A DNA stretch of 64,000 nt from Lama glama (lineage: Eukaryota): contig CM052817.1 in the NCBI GenBank assembly GCA_028534125.1, forward strand, positions 34,846,001 through 34,910,000, in the 5' to 3' direction. The notes below the pieces were generated by a model that was not told where the DNA came from, did no database searches, and was given only the letters and a program-made list of their open reading frames with translations. Positions 13,301 to 26,389 of this stretch are shown here, one piece after another. The position numbers and the translations under genes are program-made. The number at the start of each line of letters is the position of its first letter. Within the stretch, counting starts at the first letter, position 1.

Positions 13301-13749
13301 AATTCTACCCCAAATAAATAAAAAGAATGGTTACATTCTTAAAATATACAGAAAAGAATGTATCTATTGTGAAAACATGCATGTAAACATATATATAACT
13401 AGTATATACTGTAAATAAATATTTATAATAAAATATACAGTAAACATATATGTTTATGTATTATATATTTATAAATAAAAATTGTAGACATATTCAGATA
13501 CAGATTATTTTTTAAGTACTCTCATTTTTTAGAAAAATATTCTCCATTCATAGGTATTAATTTGAAAATAAATGGCATTTGCTAGAATTACAAAAATAGT
13601 ATGCATAAATTCTCCATACATATTACATTTTGATGCCAGAAAAGAACTTCTTCTCTGTGAACCATGGATTTGAATAATTTTGTCAAATCATTTATAATGT
13701 TAACAGAGGATTAAATAAGTTAACAAGAAAAAGAAACAAAATACTAGCA

Positions 13750-14066
13750 ATTGAGTGGCTTATAAACAACATTTATTTCTCACAGTTCTGGACACTGGAA
13801 GTCCAAGAACACGGTGCCTGCAGATATGGTGTCTGATGAGGATCTGCTTCCTCATAGACCATCGTTTTCTCCCTGTAACCTTTCAGGGAGGTAAGGGCAA
13901 GGCATCCCTCTGGAGTCTTTTTATAAGGACATTAATTATGTTCATGAAGGCTCTGCCCTCATGACCTAGTCATCTCCCAAGGACCCACCTCCTAACACCG
14001 TGATCTTGGGGGTTAGGACTTCAACATAGGACTTTGGAGGAGACACAAACATTAAATCTATAATGC
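13750..14066 (-). mobile_element. MaLR LTR (MLT1A-like) in EXOC1L intron 1
   Basis: 'tggcttataaacaacatttatttctcacagttctgga...ctcatgacctagtcatctcccaagg...gggttaggacttcaacat'. Confidence 0.75.
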
Positions 14067-14924
14067 CTAATACAGCCCAAAGATTTGTTTTGATAAAAAT
14101 ATTTCTAGAAAAATTATTTGAAAGTTACTTTTTTGATGAAATCAACAATAGCATTCTCAGCCTAAGACATCACCAATACATTGAAATGTTTTCATGGAGG
14201 TTTCTTATCTTTGATATCTCGTGGTAATTTTTCCCTATGACAATTTCAAAGATGAAAGCAATTGTATAACTCAAGGATTGTAAAACGACAGCAGTTCATT
14301 TATTTAAAGTATTTCTGTGCAGCTTACTCGTGAGTTACTATTTTTCCTCTGTTCTGCCAAATTATATTGGTTCCATTGGCCAATCTCCTTTCCACTTAGC
14401 CTCATGAATAATGGTGGCTGTTTTACCACAATAACAGAGGCAGTTATTGACAACAATGTTTATTTTGAAATTCACAGTGAAAATAAAATGGTGGGCATGA
14501 AGTTAAGACTGTCATTCTGAAAACTGCTAACTGAAATAGTAATACTGGAGCAGGTTCATTCTGAAATTCCTTGGGTGTATAGATACCACTAAATCATAAT
14601 CGGATAAAATGGTACATCTGATGTCACTGAAACCAACTCTGTAACATTTTGATGATATAAACACATTTCTGTTTTAAGACAATGTGCTGAGTTCCCACTT
14701 TGCCACTGCATTAATGTGGATGTGGCCATTTAATTTTAGCTGGCAGCAGAGCTCAAGTATGGAAATTAGGGATTGGGTCCACTCCAGCCTGAGCAGACTT
14801 CTTTGACTGTTGGCTAGACAATTCTTGGAACCCCTTGGCTACAGAGGAGACGTTTTGCCAAATTAAGGAGGCTGTACTGTCTCTGTGCTACATGTAAGAA
14901 AGCTTGATAACTGGTAGATCCCAC

Positions 14925-15560
14925 CTTCTTAATCTTTCTCTATTCCCTCCCTCCAATTCATCCTTTCCATAATTGCACAAGAAAACTTTCTAAAATCTAA
15001 AGCTCAGCTTGAGCTATAGATTTACTAATTACTAATTAAAGTCCTTCAGTGACAACACCCTTCTCCCCACCCCCATAAATCTTCACACCCACAGCTTTCA
15101 GGATGATCTTTGAATTCCTTAACCTAGCATTCTAGACCCTTCAGGAACTAGCTTATGCCTACACTGCTTCCCACCACCTATTCACCCCCACACCTCATGC
15201 CAACAATACTAGATACCTGTAATGACTCAAAAGATTCAAGTATTTCGTGCTTTTGTACACACGCTGTTCCAGAACTCCCTCCATTCCTTTCTTCATTCGG
15301 CTAACTCCCATGGCCCTTTACAACTCAGATAACCTCCTTCAAGAAGCTCTCTCTGACATCTAGTAGGATGAAGATGTTCCTTCTTCATGTTCCTATGATA
15401 GCCTGTCTATGCCTCATTCACTGCACTGTAATCATGTATTTTCCTTCTGAAGCCCCACTCTCTGTAATCTCAGCGAGAGCAGGAATGGGGTCATAGGGAG
15501 AATTCATTTTCTCCAGTGCCTAGCACAGGGCCTCACACAAAAGGATCTGCAGTCAATTAC
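14925..15560 (+). mobile_element. L2 3' fragment
   Basis: Pyrimidine-rich L2-like body ending 'ccagtgcctagcacagggcct'. Boundaries are approximate. Confidence 0.55.
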
Positions 15561-18500
15561 TTGGTTATCATAACATGTAAGTGAGCCAGTAGAATTGGCT
15601 TCAAATCACATTTTTATACTGTATTCGGTTATTTCTCCACATCCCCACCCTCTCCCACTTCCTCAGCACCCAGTGAGACAGCTAGCCAGAACAAGAATAT
15701 CATCAGTTGGTTCGGAGGTAGAGCCTTTGTCTGGACAGACAACTGCCTCCTGGTGGAAAGAACTGCCTCCAAGATCTTTGTAGTAAGTGAAACAGAATCC
15801 ACTTCAACACACCAGCCTAATGGCTTGTTTTCTCCTCCTTTCCTCTCCCCAAAGCTAACATCTAGGCCAGTGGAAATGGATCTCTTTTAGGGCTGGAGAA
15901 GTATACATGGATAGGAACCCACTAACTTTTGCATACTATTTCAGGAGACTCACATACTCTGAACCAGTTTTCTTACCCAGGGATAAGATCTTCTACACTA
16001 GGTCCCCTCCAGGACATGTGCCTCAGTCATTCCTCTGGTCCTCAAAATGTGCACTCTCTCCTCTTCCAAATTTTTGGGGTATGTGATCCAAAGGGTAGCC
16101 TTTAGTCTCCTCCTATTTCTTTTTCTAAAGCCTGCCCAGCCCAGCAACTGGTGCACCATACACACCCAATGTTCATTAGGACGTGAGGGAGCCCCCAACA
16201 AGCTGTCTTCTACCTTTTCCATTCTAGAGAAACTGCCCTCATGAAAGAAATCAATTATCTTCCCCAAGTCAGATTCAGTGCCAGAACTGAGCTCTGCTTT
16301 TTACCCAACCAAGTGACTTCAGGAGATTGTCTCCAAATCTTTGAAATCTTTGATTTCTATGGCATTGCACTGGAGGCTTGTCTCTTTTCTGATGGCATCT
16401 TCTCAGACATCGCTGCTGGCACCGTGTTCTTCTCCACTCTGTATCACCTCTTTCTTCCGCTCTTTTCCCTATAAACCTAGTCTTGGAAGCCTGTCTACAC
16501 AGAAAAATCCCAAGCCTGTATCTCCATTCCTAAACTATAAACTTCCATCTCCTTCTCTTCTGAGATAATTTATGGACACCTCTTCTGTATATCAAAAACC
16601 ACACTCACCATTCCACCCAACCAGCTCACCCTCCATACTTCCCTAGCTTGGGTTTCCATCTAGAGTTATTTCCCTTCAGTGTTGTCCATGCCTTGTTTGA
16701 AATCTTACTTAGATTTGCCACTTCTATTTCTGTTGCCCACATCCTATGCCTAGATTACAAGAACAGCCTCATGAAACAACAACAAGATGAACAATTACTA
16801 TAAACCAGGCATTATCCTAAGTCACTTATATATCTTTCATCTTTATACACTGTAAGTTTGTATCACCCTGACGTCCACTTTACAAAATAAGAAAACAGGT
16901 TTAATCTCTCTTGAGATTGAGTAATTTACTCAGACTGCACCACAAGAAATAATGTCATGATTTGAATCCAGACTGTCTAATGCCAGAGCCCACTAAGACA
17001 TCCTGCCACTTCTAGGGACCTCCAGTTCCTTTTTCTTTTCTTCTTCAGTATATCCTGGGCATCACTGATTCCAGAAAACTACTCCTTTTACAAGGTGCCA
17101 CAGTATTAGTCTCCTGCTCAAGGGGGGAAGAGATTTATTAAATGTGCATTACTGGTTGAGTCTTGACTAAACTCTGGACACGGTGCCCTCTTCTTAGATT
17201 TGTCAACCTGCTCAGACTTCCTTCCCTAGGAGACTGAACTCAGCTCCATTATGAACTCTAAGCTCAGGCGAATCAGTATCGCCTGTACTTTCAGGGGATA
17301 ACTAACCCTCACCAGTCCCAACTCAGGAGCCCTCACTCTCCAGGCCAGCCTCCCATCCCTTCCACTAGAGGCGGGACTCAGACATCAAACATCTGCGGTG
17401 GTTTCCATCATTTTTCAAATCATTTTCACAACCTTCTCAACCTGGTTAATCTTATTGCCCACCATGTCCTAACACCAACCAATCTATGTAGTCCACTCTC
17501 TATTTCTGCCTGGCGAAGTTCAGTGTCTATTGTCCCCTCCTTTCATCGTGTCCTTCACCTGGAATGCCTTTAGTATCATCCCTGACTTTCTAACTGGACT
17601 AAATTTAAAGTTCTAGCTCCAATTCTACTTTTCTTATCATTCCTTCCTTAACTATTCCAGTCCCTTCTCTTCTCCGAACTCCTGTTGAACATAATGTCTG
17701 CTCACCATTGCTTATCTACTACTATGATTATATTGTAATATATTGTTTTATATCTTCTTAAGTAGGAGAGCATGCCAAAGTGGTACTTTCCAAAACCAAA
17801 AGAGAACCTTCCTCAAAGACAAATTCCAGCCTCCCTCTTAGAAGACAGAACCAGCTTGCAACTTTCTAAGTGACATCACCCATCTTGAAAGAAATTTAAG
17901 ACATTCAATTCCCACTGCCACTTCATTATAATATACCTGTATACCCTTATAATATATATTGTATGTGATGTGTGTGTGTTAGCCTTTGCTCTTCAACAAA
18001 GCCATAAGTTTCCAGAGGGGCCTTGTCTCATACTTGTACCCTCTGTGGCATTTGTAATAATTCTATCAGGAGAATAGTGGATACCCTTTTGAATACTAAG
18101 ATTTTGGAGACACACTAAAGAGGTGTAAAATTTTCAAACAATACCAAATAGGTCAACAGTAGCTGCATTGCAAGCACTTCTACAACAAAAATCTAACAGT
18201 AGTATTTGCATGGTCACTCTTCAACAGCAGGTTGCTGTGTGAGCAGAACTTTTTACTTTCCTGACCTCATTTTCTTATATTGTCATAAATTAAAATTCCA
18301 ACTTGTTCTGGTAAACATTTTGGCACTGACTGTATGCTAACGCTAAGCCTCTCATTTCCTGCCCTGAGTTGAACCCCATTCTCCACCACAAAGCTCATAG
18401 CTGAAAGCTCATAGCTTGGTATTGTACCTGACAGGCATTACTGCGGCAGGGTGTAACCACAACTGTAGCAAAAATAATGTTAACACACTGAGCAACTTTG

Positions 18501-18688
18501 AGGGAAATTTAAGGGAATGCTTATGAAGGCTCAGATACATCAGGGTTCATAATTGGGGTGCAGATATAATGTATGTTCAAGCTCATTATACAAAAAGAAA
18601 AGTACATAAATACTGAAAAGTATGGGTTGATGAATAATTTATTATCTTCTAAGAGTCTATGTAAACTAAGTGTTTTTCTATCCTACAG

Positions 18689-18819
18689 TGACCAAAAATA
18701 AAGAAGTAAAAATAATTATGGTGAAACACTACAGAATAGGTTTAGATGAAAAATATGAAGTAACAAAAAAGTGGTCTTTGAACGATCTACAGATGATTGA
18801 TGGAAAAGAAGCAGATACA
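18689..18819 (+). CDS. EXOC1L: EXOC1-like protein, coding exon 2 ([10 protein letters not shown]...DGKEADT)
   Basis: Acceptor tcctacAG|TG, donor ACA|GTAAGT; 131 nt. Restores frame (121+131=252 nt). Confidence 0.95.
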
Positions 18820-20949
18820 GTAAGTGTTACGTTTTGTAAGGGAGATGTGGAATCAATATGCTGGAGATCTTTATGTTCAATATCCTACTTCATATATTTT
18901 TGGCATGTATTAAGTGTTAAGATGACATATGGTTCTTAAGTGACATGGCTGAATCTACTGGGATGATCTACTGTTTTTTTTGTTCTGTTTTTATAAGTTT
19001 AAATCTGGATTTTGCCTATTAGACTTAAGAGCATCTTTCCCAAGGGCTTCTTAACAGGTTAAACACAATCTTCCAGTCAGTTCTGCAACTTTAAATATAT
19101 GATGCTCCCACCACCACTACTCTCTCCTCACTCTGATTTCCTCCATAAGTTTTGGGGATTCCTTCTCTCATCTTCAAATTTTGCAGTTGGTCAGCCACCT
19201 GATCCTCCAGAAGGATCAGTAACTCTTGGAAGTCCTACAATCTTAGTGCTCAAAGAGAGAAAATGGGGTGTACTTTAATTTCTCATGTGATCACTTGAAA
19301 GTGGTTTTTCCAGTCTCCCTTTGAACTCTTCTACTGATGGAGGGAATTCACTACCACATGAGGAAGTCCATTCCTTCTCTGAATTACCATTCCTTATTTT
19401 CACATTTCCTCCTTATGTTTAACCAAAATCTGCTTCACTCTAACAGCTTCCCATCAGTCCTAGTGTTGCCATTTGGAGCAACCAGAACAAATCCAACCCT
19501 CCTTTCATGTAGCAACCTTTCCAAAATCTGAATATGATTATAATGTTCCCTCAAGTTTTCTATTTTCTAGGGTCAATATATCCATTTCACTCTTTAAATA
19601 ACATTCATATGCAGATTAAATAAGATAATATGACAGGAAAACACAAATTCTAAGAGGTAATAGCACTGCTGTTATTTTTTCCCATGACATTGCCTCAACA
19701 CCCTTTACGATGCTATTTCCTGTCCTTTGGAATGCTCCAGTTTTTCCAGAATTAAATACAATACATTAGAATTAGTGTGACCAGTTTGTATTTCGTTGAC
19801 CCAGGTTCCTTATTTCTATTAAACCCTTAACTGAGACCTCAGGTCTTTGGGTCATGAATTACCATTTAACCTGGTCTGCCACTCCTTCTATGTATATAGA
19901 ATAAAATCTCAATAAAGGCCCCTGATGATCTGGCCCCTTTATCTCTGGTCATTCCTCCTTAAACTTATATATCCACAGTGTTTGACTACTGATTCTTGGG
20001 GCTTAAAATGCCACCCAATCACCTCTATCCCTCAACCCATTCCCAGATTCCCTGTGGGATAAAGTCCTACTCATGTCCCCCTGTCCTATAACCCCACTGC
20101 ATTGTGGATAAAAACAGTCCAACAAACTGCAGTAATTGGCTTACTCTGTCTCCCCCCTGGATGGAAAGCTCCTAGTAAACAGCAATGATGACCTTTCATC
20201 TTTTAGTGTAGTCTTCTGCCTGATGGATTTTAGGCCCTCAATAAATATTTCTGTTATTGTCGGATGAGTTAGAACTTAAACTGATTTATCCTTATCCTCC
20301 TAATGCCATAGTTTTAGTTTGGCCTGTTGTTCCCACCTATCAAATCTTTTAATATTTCGAGTTTTTAATATTCACTGTAGTATGACACAGATTAAATGAG
20401 CACAACATTTAAGACTTTATTCAAGTCAATAATAAAAATGACGAAGCTGGCAGGGCTAAGTGCATACCTATAGGTAACTGATAGATTAACATCACTACTA
20501 CTATTGTTACTACTACTGCCGCTACCATCTCATACTTAGTAAACCCTTATCAGGTGCCAGGAAACAGGCAAAGCTCTTTCCATATATAATTTCACATAAT
20601 TGATCACAAAAAGCCAAGAATTAGACTCTATTATTACTCCTGATTTACAGATGAGGAAAATGAGACATAAAGAGACTAACTGACTTGCCGGAAGTCAAAT
20701 AACTATTTAGTGATGGAGCTAGACTTTACCTTGAAATCTATTCATTTGTCTTCTTTGGACTGGTCATTTGCCATCTCTACAATTTCATATACTCAGTCAT
20801 GCACTGAGAATTTACAGTATACTATGCTAGGCTCTGAGGATACAATGGTAAGTTAGACAGACACTAGCACTTAATTCTGCCTTATTTAATTATCTAGTCT
20901 GAATATCTAAATGTTGCCCTTAAGATCTTTAATGAAATCAGTACATGTT

Positions 20950-21116
20950 TATTTTTTTAAATTGAAGTACTGTCAGTCATAATGTGTCACTTTCTGGTGT
21001 ACAGCAAAATGTTTATTTTTTTAAATTGAAGTACTGTCAGTCATAATGTGTCAATTTCTGGTGTACAGCAAAATGTCCCAGTCATGCATATACATACATA
21101 TATTCATTTTCATATT
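20950..21116 (-). mobile_element. 5'-truncated L1 3' tail with 14-bp TSD and internal 64-bp tandem duplication
   Basis: TSD aatcagta(c/t)atgtt at 20936-20949 and 21117-21130. Poly-T on the left; body 'ttgaagtactgtcagt...tctggtgtacagca'. Confidence 0.8.
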
Positions 21117-22435
21117 AATCAGTATATGTTATCTGCTATTACCTTACCACCTACAAATCCTATTTTAAAAATCTGGTGTGTTTGGCATGACTTCTTAGTG
21201 AAAGCATGCTGGATTTTATTGCTTTCTTTCCTAAGTAATCACAGCATTTTTAAATACATATTCTACCTAAATGTTCAACACTTAGGAAATAATTAAATAT
21301 ATTTTTGCATGTCAGTATGCTGGAACATTACATAGCTATTAAAAATCATGTTTCCCAAAGATAGCTTAGAACACAATTGTTCACCATTTAATATGTCTTT
21401 TTAAAAGTCAGCCAAATACAAAACTTTTCTATAATATTATCTCATTCTGCATATTTAGTCTATCATAGTATTGAAAATTGAAATCTGAACCTTATATTTT
21501 AATACAAAAATATGTATAGGTATATGTATGTGTATATGTATGTATGAAACAAATCACTACTTTGACAATAATTAGTTCTGTGTAATAGGATGACAAATTT
21601 TGAAATTACTTTCTTCTATATACTTTTATGTGTTTGCCAAAATTTCTATACTGTATTGAATTTTACCAGAAATCAATGTCAAGTTCACTATAGTTTCAGG
21701 AATTAACCATCCCCACCTCCTTTTCTGATCATTTTCTTATTTTTTCTCTCAAGTTCTCAAATATTACTGATGTCATAATTATTTTTATACATTTGGTCAA
21801 TGCGGGGGGATGAATTAATCAATCAACAGATTCATTGGAAGCAGCTAGCTCTGCTTTATTTTCTCTTCACCTTTCTGGCCTTTAATTCCATTTCTATGTT
21901 GTTGTTTTTTCCCTTCTCCCATTTGAAGATCATCACCTTTGACAGTGAACTAGATACAAGAGAGAAATTTAGTATTTCTATCTTTCTCATCATTTTAGGA
22001 CCTAAAATATTAAACGGCCAGAAGAAAACCTATAATATCCAAAGAGTAATTCCTTTAAAATATTTCTCTTCTGTGGATGAAGTAAAAATATTTCAGTTGT
22101 TTTGGGAATTTCCACTTCTCCTCTCCCTTGGAATTGAATCCTCAAGAGTCAGCATTTATTATATTTTTCTCAATAGCAACAATACAGTTTTAAACAGAGC
22201 TATTTCAAGCCAGAAAGTTGTCAACCTTAAAATGGAATGGAATTGAAACTGAAGTCAATTTATAAAGCAGAAATCAAAATGACTGGGGATTTGGAGACTG
22301 ATGTGGTGCAATGAGAGAGAGAGGATGATGTAGCAAAAAATGGGGTTGGGCTGATTGAGATCCTGGTTCTTGTCTTGGCTCTGCCAGTAACTACATGACC
22401 TGGCCTTCACCTCTCTGGAAACTATTATTCACTAC

Positions 22436-22600
22436 TATATTATATTATATTATATTTTAATCATGTATATAAACAAGAGATTACTGAATGAACTGTGTGA
22501 TTCCTTTTTAGCTCTAAGATTCTATGAAAAGAAAGAGAGAAGAAAGGGGAGAGAAAGAAAGAGAAGAAAGAAAGAGGGAAGGAAGGGAGAGAGGGATGGA
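22436..22600. repeat. (TATAT)n and GA-rich low-complexity tracts
   Basis: Seen directly at about 22436-22455 and 22526-22600. Confidence 0.8.
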
Positions 22601-24167
22601 CTTGTATTCTATGTTTATTACTGATTAAGCTTCAATTATTAGGCTAATGGAAAAAAATTAATCCTCTCAAACATATAAAGGATATTTTCTACGTGATAAG
22701 GAGCAAATGTTTCAGTGAGGAAACTACATAAGGTGCCTGATTAGTATCTGGTGATGGAATGGGTGTGATTTCCTTTTGCTGAGATTCTCTGCAGAAGTGT
22801 CTTTCCATCTGCAATTATGACAGCTAGGAAAAATTTCACGAGGTGTGACTAGGCGAACACTGCACTTAAAATCACATAACCTTTGTATATTCTTTTTTTT
22901 AAATGTTGTTTTGTTTTTTAAAAAAAGGTGGTATTAACACCAGTATCACAATCTTGGGGGCAGATTTGGGAAAAGGGAACTATCATTTCTTAAGCTCCAT
23001 AGTAATGTCACAGTTTATATGATTAATCTCAGGTAAACTTCATAGCAATCCTGCCTAAAAAGGGAGAGTCAGATCAGGTAAGTACCTTGCCCATGGTTAC
23101 GTAAGAGTCAAAATGGTTGCCTAACATTGAAACCTATGTTCTTCTTCCTGTCTCTTGTAAGAATTTTCCTACTTAAAAGAAACGGCAAGTGCAAAGTTGT
23201 TTGTATATGATCTTTAGACACCACATGGTAACAAATTATTAATACACTTGTTTGGTTTGGTCTCTCTCTACCTCGTTGTCATTTAGGGCAATGTTTACCT
23301 CTATTTCTCTTTTTATAGGACTACTTCAGATCACTTCAACACACATTTGTTGAGAACTTAGTAGTTGCCATGGATAAGCACCAGGAACACAAAAAATAAA
23401 TAATTCAAAACCTCTGCCCTCAAGGAGAGTTAAGAGTTAGGCAGATAATGACTGTGAAAGCATTTTGTAAACTGAAAAGCACTTTTTAAATGCAAGATAT
23501 TGTTGTTACTGCTATTAGTAACTGGCAATTATTATTATTTTAATATGTAGGACCTAGATCAGATTTGATGCCTACTTTTTCCCTGAAACATCTCCACTAG
23601 AATTATAGAGCCTAGAGCAATCCAGTAAGAGTCAGTTTTTAGTAATTTTAATGATCCTTGCCATTAATTTTAAAAGTAATTCCTTGCTATTAACTTCAAA
23701 GCCAGCAAGTTGGTGATCTGTTATATGCCAAAGGCTAATTAGCCATTCTATATATCCCCCTTCTACCACTGAAATAGCACAAGGGACTGACCTCCTAGTA
23801 GAGAAAAAGAGAAACCCTTTCTCCTCTGTGGAAGTCTGTAAGTGGGTTTATTCATTTTTTCCATCCCCACCCATCCTCTCAAAGTCACTAGCCTAGGAAG
23901 ACTTGTTAACTGCACATTCTGACTGATGTTTTATTTGCATAATTGAAAAATCATAGATGCGTCAAAAATAATCTTTCTTATTTGTTCTTTTTAGAAGCAA
24001 TATGTTTGAAGCAGGTAGCTTTGGAAAGCTCATTTGTAGATTTTGGAAATATGTTTTTTACTGAGACTTCATAATTAATAAGCATACATCAGAGAATATG
24101 AGAGAATCCAGGAGATCAAGCTACCCTCCTGGCTACAAACAAAATTATGTCTCTTTTTCTCTTCTAG

Positions 24168-24434
24168 GACAATCCATTTTTTGATCTGCACTTCAAGAAA
24201 GTGTACAGTTTGGAAGCATATAGTTGTGCCTCTAAATATGCCTTTGCTCGAACTGTAAACAAGCTGAATCATGCATATCTTAAGAAAGACTTACAGATTG
24301 TGAACTTTGATTCTACTTACATTAATGATGATTCCATTTGGTCCTCCAACAACAAGGATTGCTTGGTCCTTATGAGAATATGCTTTTATGCTTTCAATCT
24401 AGTGTGCTTGTCCCTGTGTCCCCTGCCGCTCTGA
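24168..24434 (+). CDS. EXOC1L: EXOC1-like protein, last coding exon (DNPFFDLHF...CLSLCPLPL*)
   Basis: Acceptor ctctttttctcttctAG|GAC; 267 nt to TGA. Spliced ORF is 172 aa and aligns to the EXOC1 'ENPEFDLHF' exon. Confidence 0.95.
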
Positions 24435-24545
24435 ACATGTACACCATGTTCCTTCATCAGTATTCTGTGAAAATAGTTCCCTGTATAAATATTGATAGTC
24501 ATGACTTTGTTTTTTCCCTTCATCAGTGACTATTACTTACATGAA

Positions 24546-24551
24546 AATAAA
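24546..24551 (+). terminator. Probable EXOC1L polyadenylation signal
   Basis: AATAAA about 110 nt after the stop, followed by GT-rich 'tttgttagttg'. Confidence 0.6.
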
Positions 24552-24689
24552 GTGATGCTTTGTTAGTTGCAGTGAAATATTTTAACACAATCATTCAGTA
24601 TCTGGGACACTTCCCTCTGTGTTCTTTGGTAACTTTGGATGATTTTGCCTAAATTAGTATTCTACTAAAAAGTACCATGAAGTACTTTG

Positions 24690-26385
24690 AAAGGCCTAAA
24701 TAAATGGAAATACATCCTGTGTTCATGGATAGGAAGATTTAATATTGTCAAGATGTCAATACTACCCAAAGCGATCTGCAGACCAATGTAATCCCTCTAA
24801 AATTCCAATGGCTTTTTTTTGCAGAAAGGAAAAGTCAATCCTCAAATTCATATGGAGTTATAAGGGGCCCTACATAGGCAAACAATCTTGAAAAAGAAGT
24901 ACAAAGTTGAAGGACTCACACCTCCCAATTTCAAAACTTACTACAAAGCTGTAGTAATCAAAGCATAAAGATAGACATATAAACAAATGGAATAAAATTG
25001 AGAGTCCAGAAATCAATCCATACATCTATGGTTACTTGATTTTTGACAAGGGTGCCAAGTTCATTCAAAGGGGAAAGAATAATCTCTTCAACAAATGGTA
25101 CTGGGACACCTGGATATCTACATGCAAAAGAATGAAACTCGACCCCCATCTTACACCATACATAAAAATATTTAAAATGGATTAAAGAATGGATGTAAAA
25201 CATGAAACCATAAAACTCCTAGAAGAAAATGGAGGGGTAAATCTTCAAGACCTTGGATTTGGCAATGGATTTTTATGACATCAAAAGCATGAAAAACAAA
25301 AGAAAAAGCATCAAAGAATAATATCAAGAAAGTGAAAAAAAACTTAAAGAATGAAAGAAAATACTTGCAAATTGTATATTTGACAAGGTTTAATATAAAG
25401 ATCTCCTACAACTCAGTAACAAAAAGACCCAATTAAAACATAGACAAGAAACCTGAATAGACAAAGAATATATACAATAAGCACAAGAAAAGGCGTTCAA
25501 ACATCATTAGTCAGTAGAGAAATGCAAATCAGAACCAAAAGGAGATACCGCTTCTCAACTACTAGGTTGGTTATTTTAAAACACACACACACAAAAAAAC
25601 AAGTGTTGGCAAAGATGTGGAGAAATTTGAATCCTCATACATTGCTTGTGAACGTAAAATGGTATACCCACCATGGAAAACACTGCAGAAAAGCTTTCTT
25701 CCTCAAAAAGCTAAATACAGAATTACCCAAAGACCTAGCAATTCCATTCCTAGATATACACAAAGAAACAGAAAGCAGGGACTTGAATAGGTGTTTGGAC
25801 ATCAATGTTCATCGCAGCATTATCCACTGTTGTGGATATTGTGTGCCAAAGATGGAAATAACCCAAGTGTCCATCAACAGATGAATGGATAAATAAAATG
25901 TGGTATATCCATACAGTGGAATATTATTCTGCCATAAAAAGCAATGAAGTTTTGATACAAGCTACAACACAGCTGAACATTGAAAATATGCTAAGTGGAA
26001 TAAGCCAGACACAAAAGGACAAATATTGTATGATTCCACTTATATGAAATATCTAGAATAGGCAAAATATGAGGCAGAAGGTAGATTAGAGGTTACCAGG
26101 GACTGGGAGGAGGAAGGAATGGGGAGTTATTGCTGAATTGTTAGAATTCCTGTTCGGGATGATGAAAAAGTTTTGGAAATAGATGGTGGTGATGATTGCA
26201 CAACACTGTGAATATAATTAATGCTGCTGAATTGTACATTTTTCAATGGCAAATTTAATGTTACAGATATAATACCATAATTTTGAAAAATATCAATGTA
26301 ACATACTAAAAATCATTGAACTGAACACCTTAAATGGGTGAGTTATATGGTATGTGCATTATACATCAATAAACCTGTTAAAAAG
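24690..26385 (+). mobile_element. Old L1 (L1M-type) ORF2 3' part and 3' UTR, degenerate
   Basis: 'catcctgtgttcatggataggaagatttaatattgtcaagatg', 'caaaacttactacaaagctgtagtaatcaa', 'gatgaatggataaataaaatgtggtatatccatac'. Confidence 0.9.
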
Positions 26386-26389
26386 GAAA

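Noticed and set aside
18390..18417. 14-bp tandem duplication aaagctcatagct
   Set aside because: Ordinary slippage; two copies only, not an array.
21800..22246. 148-aa hydrophobic ORF in EXOC1L intron 2
   Set aside because: AT-rich compositional bias, no splice context or homology recognised.
24417..24434. CaaX prenylation motif at the EXOC1L C-terminus
   Set aside because: The terminus is CPLPL; the Cys is fifth from the end, not fourth.
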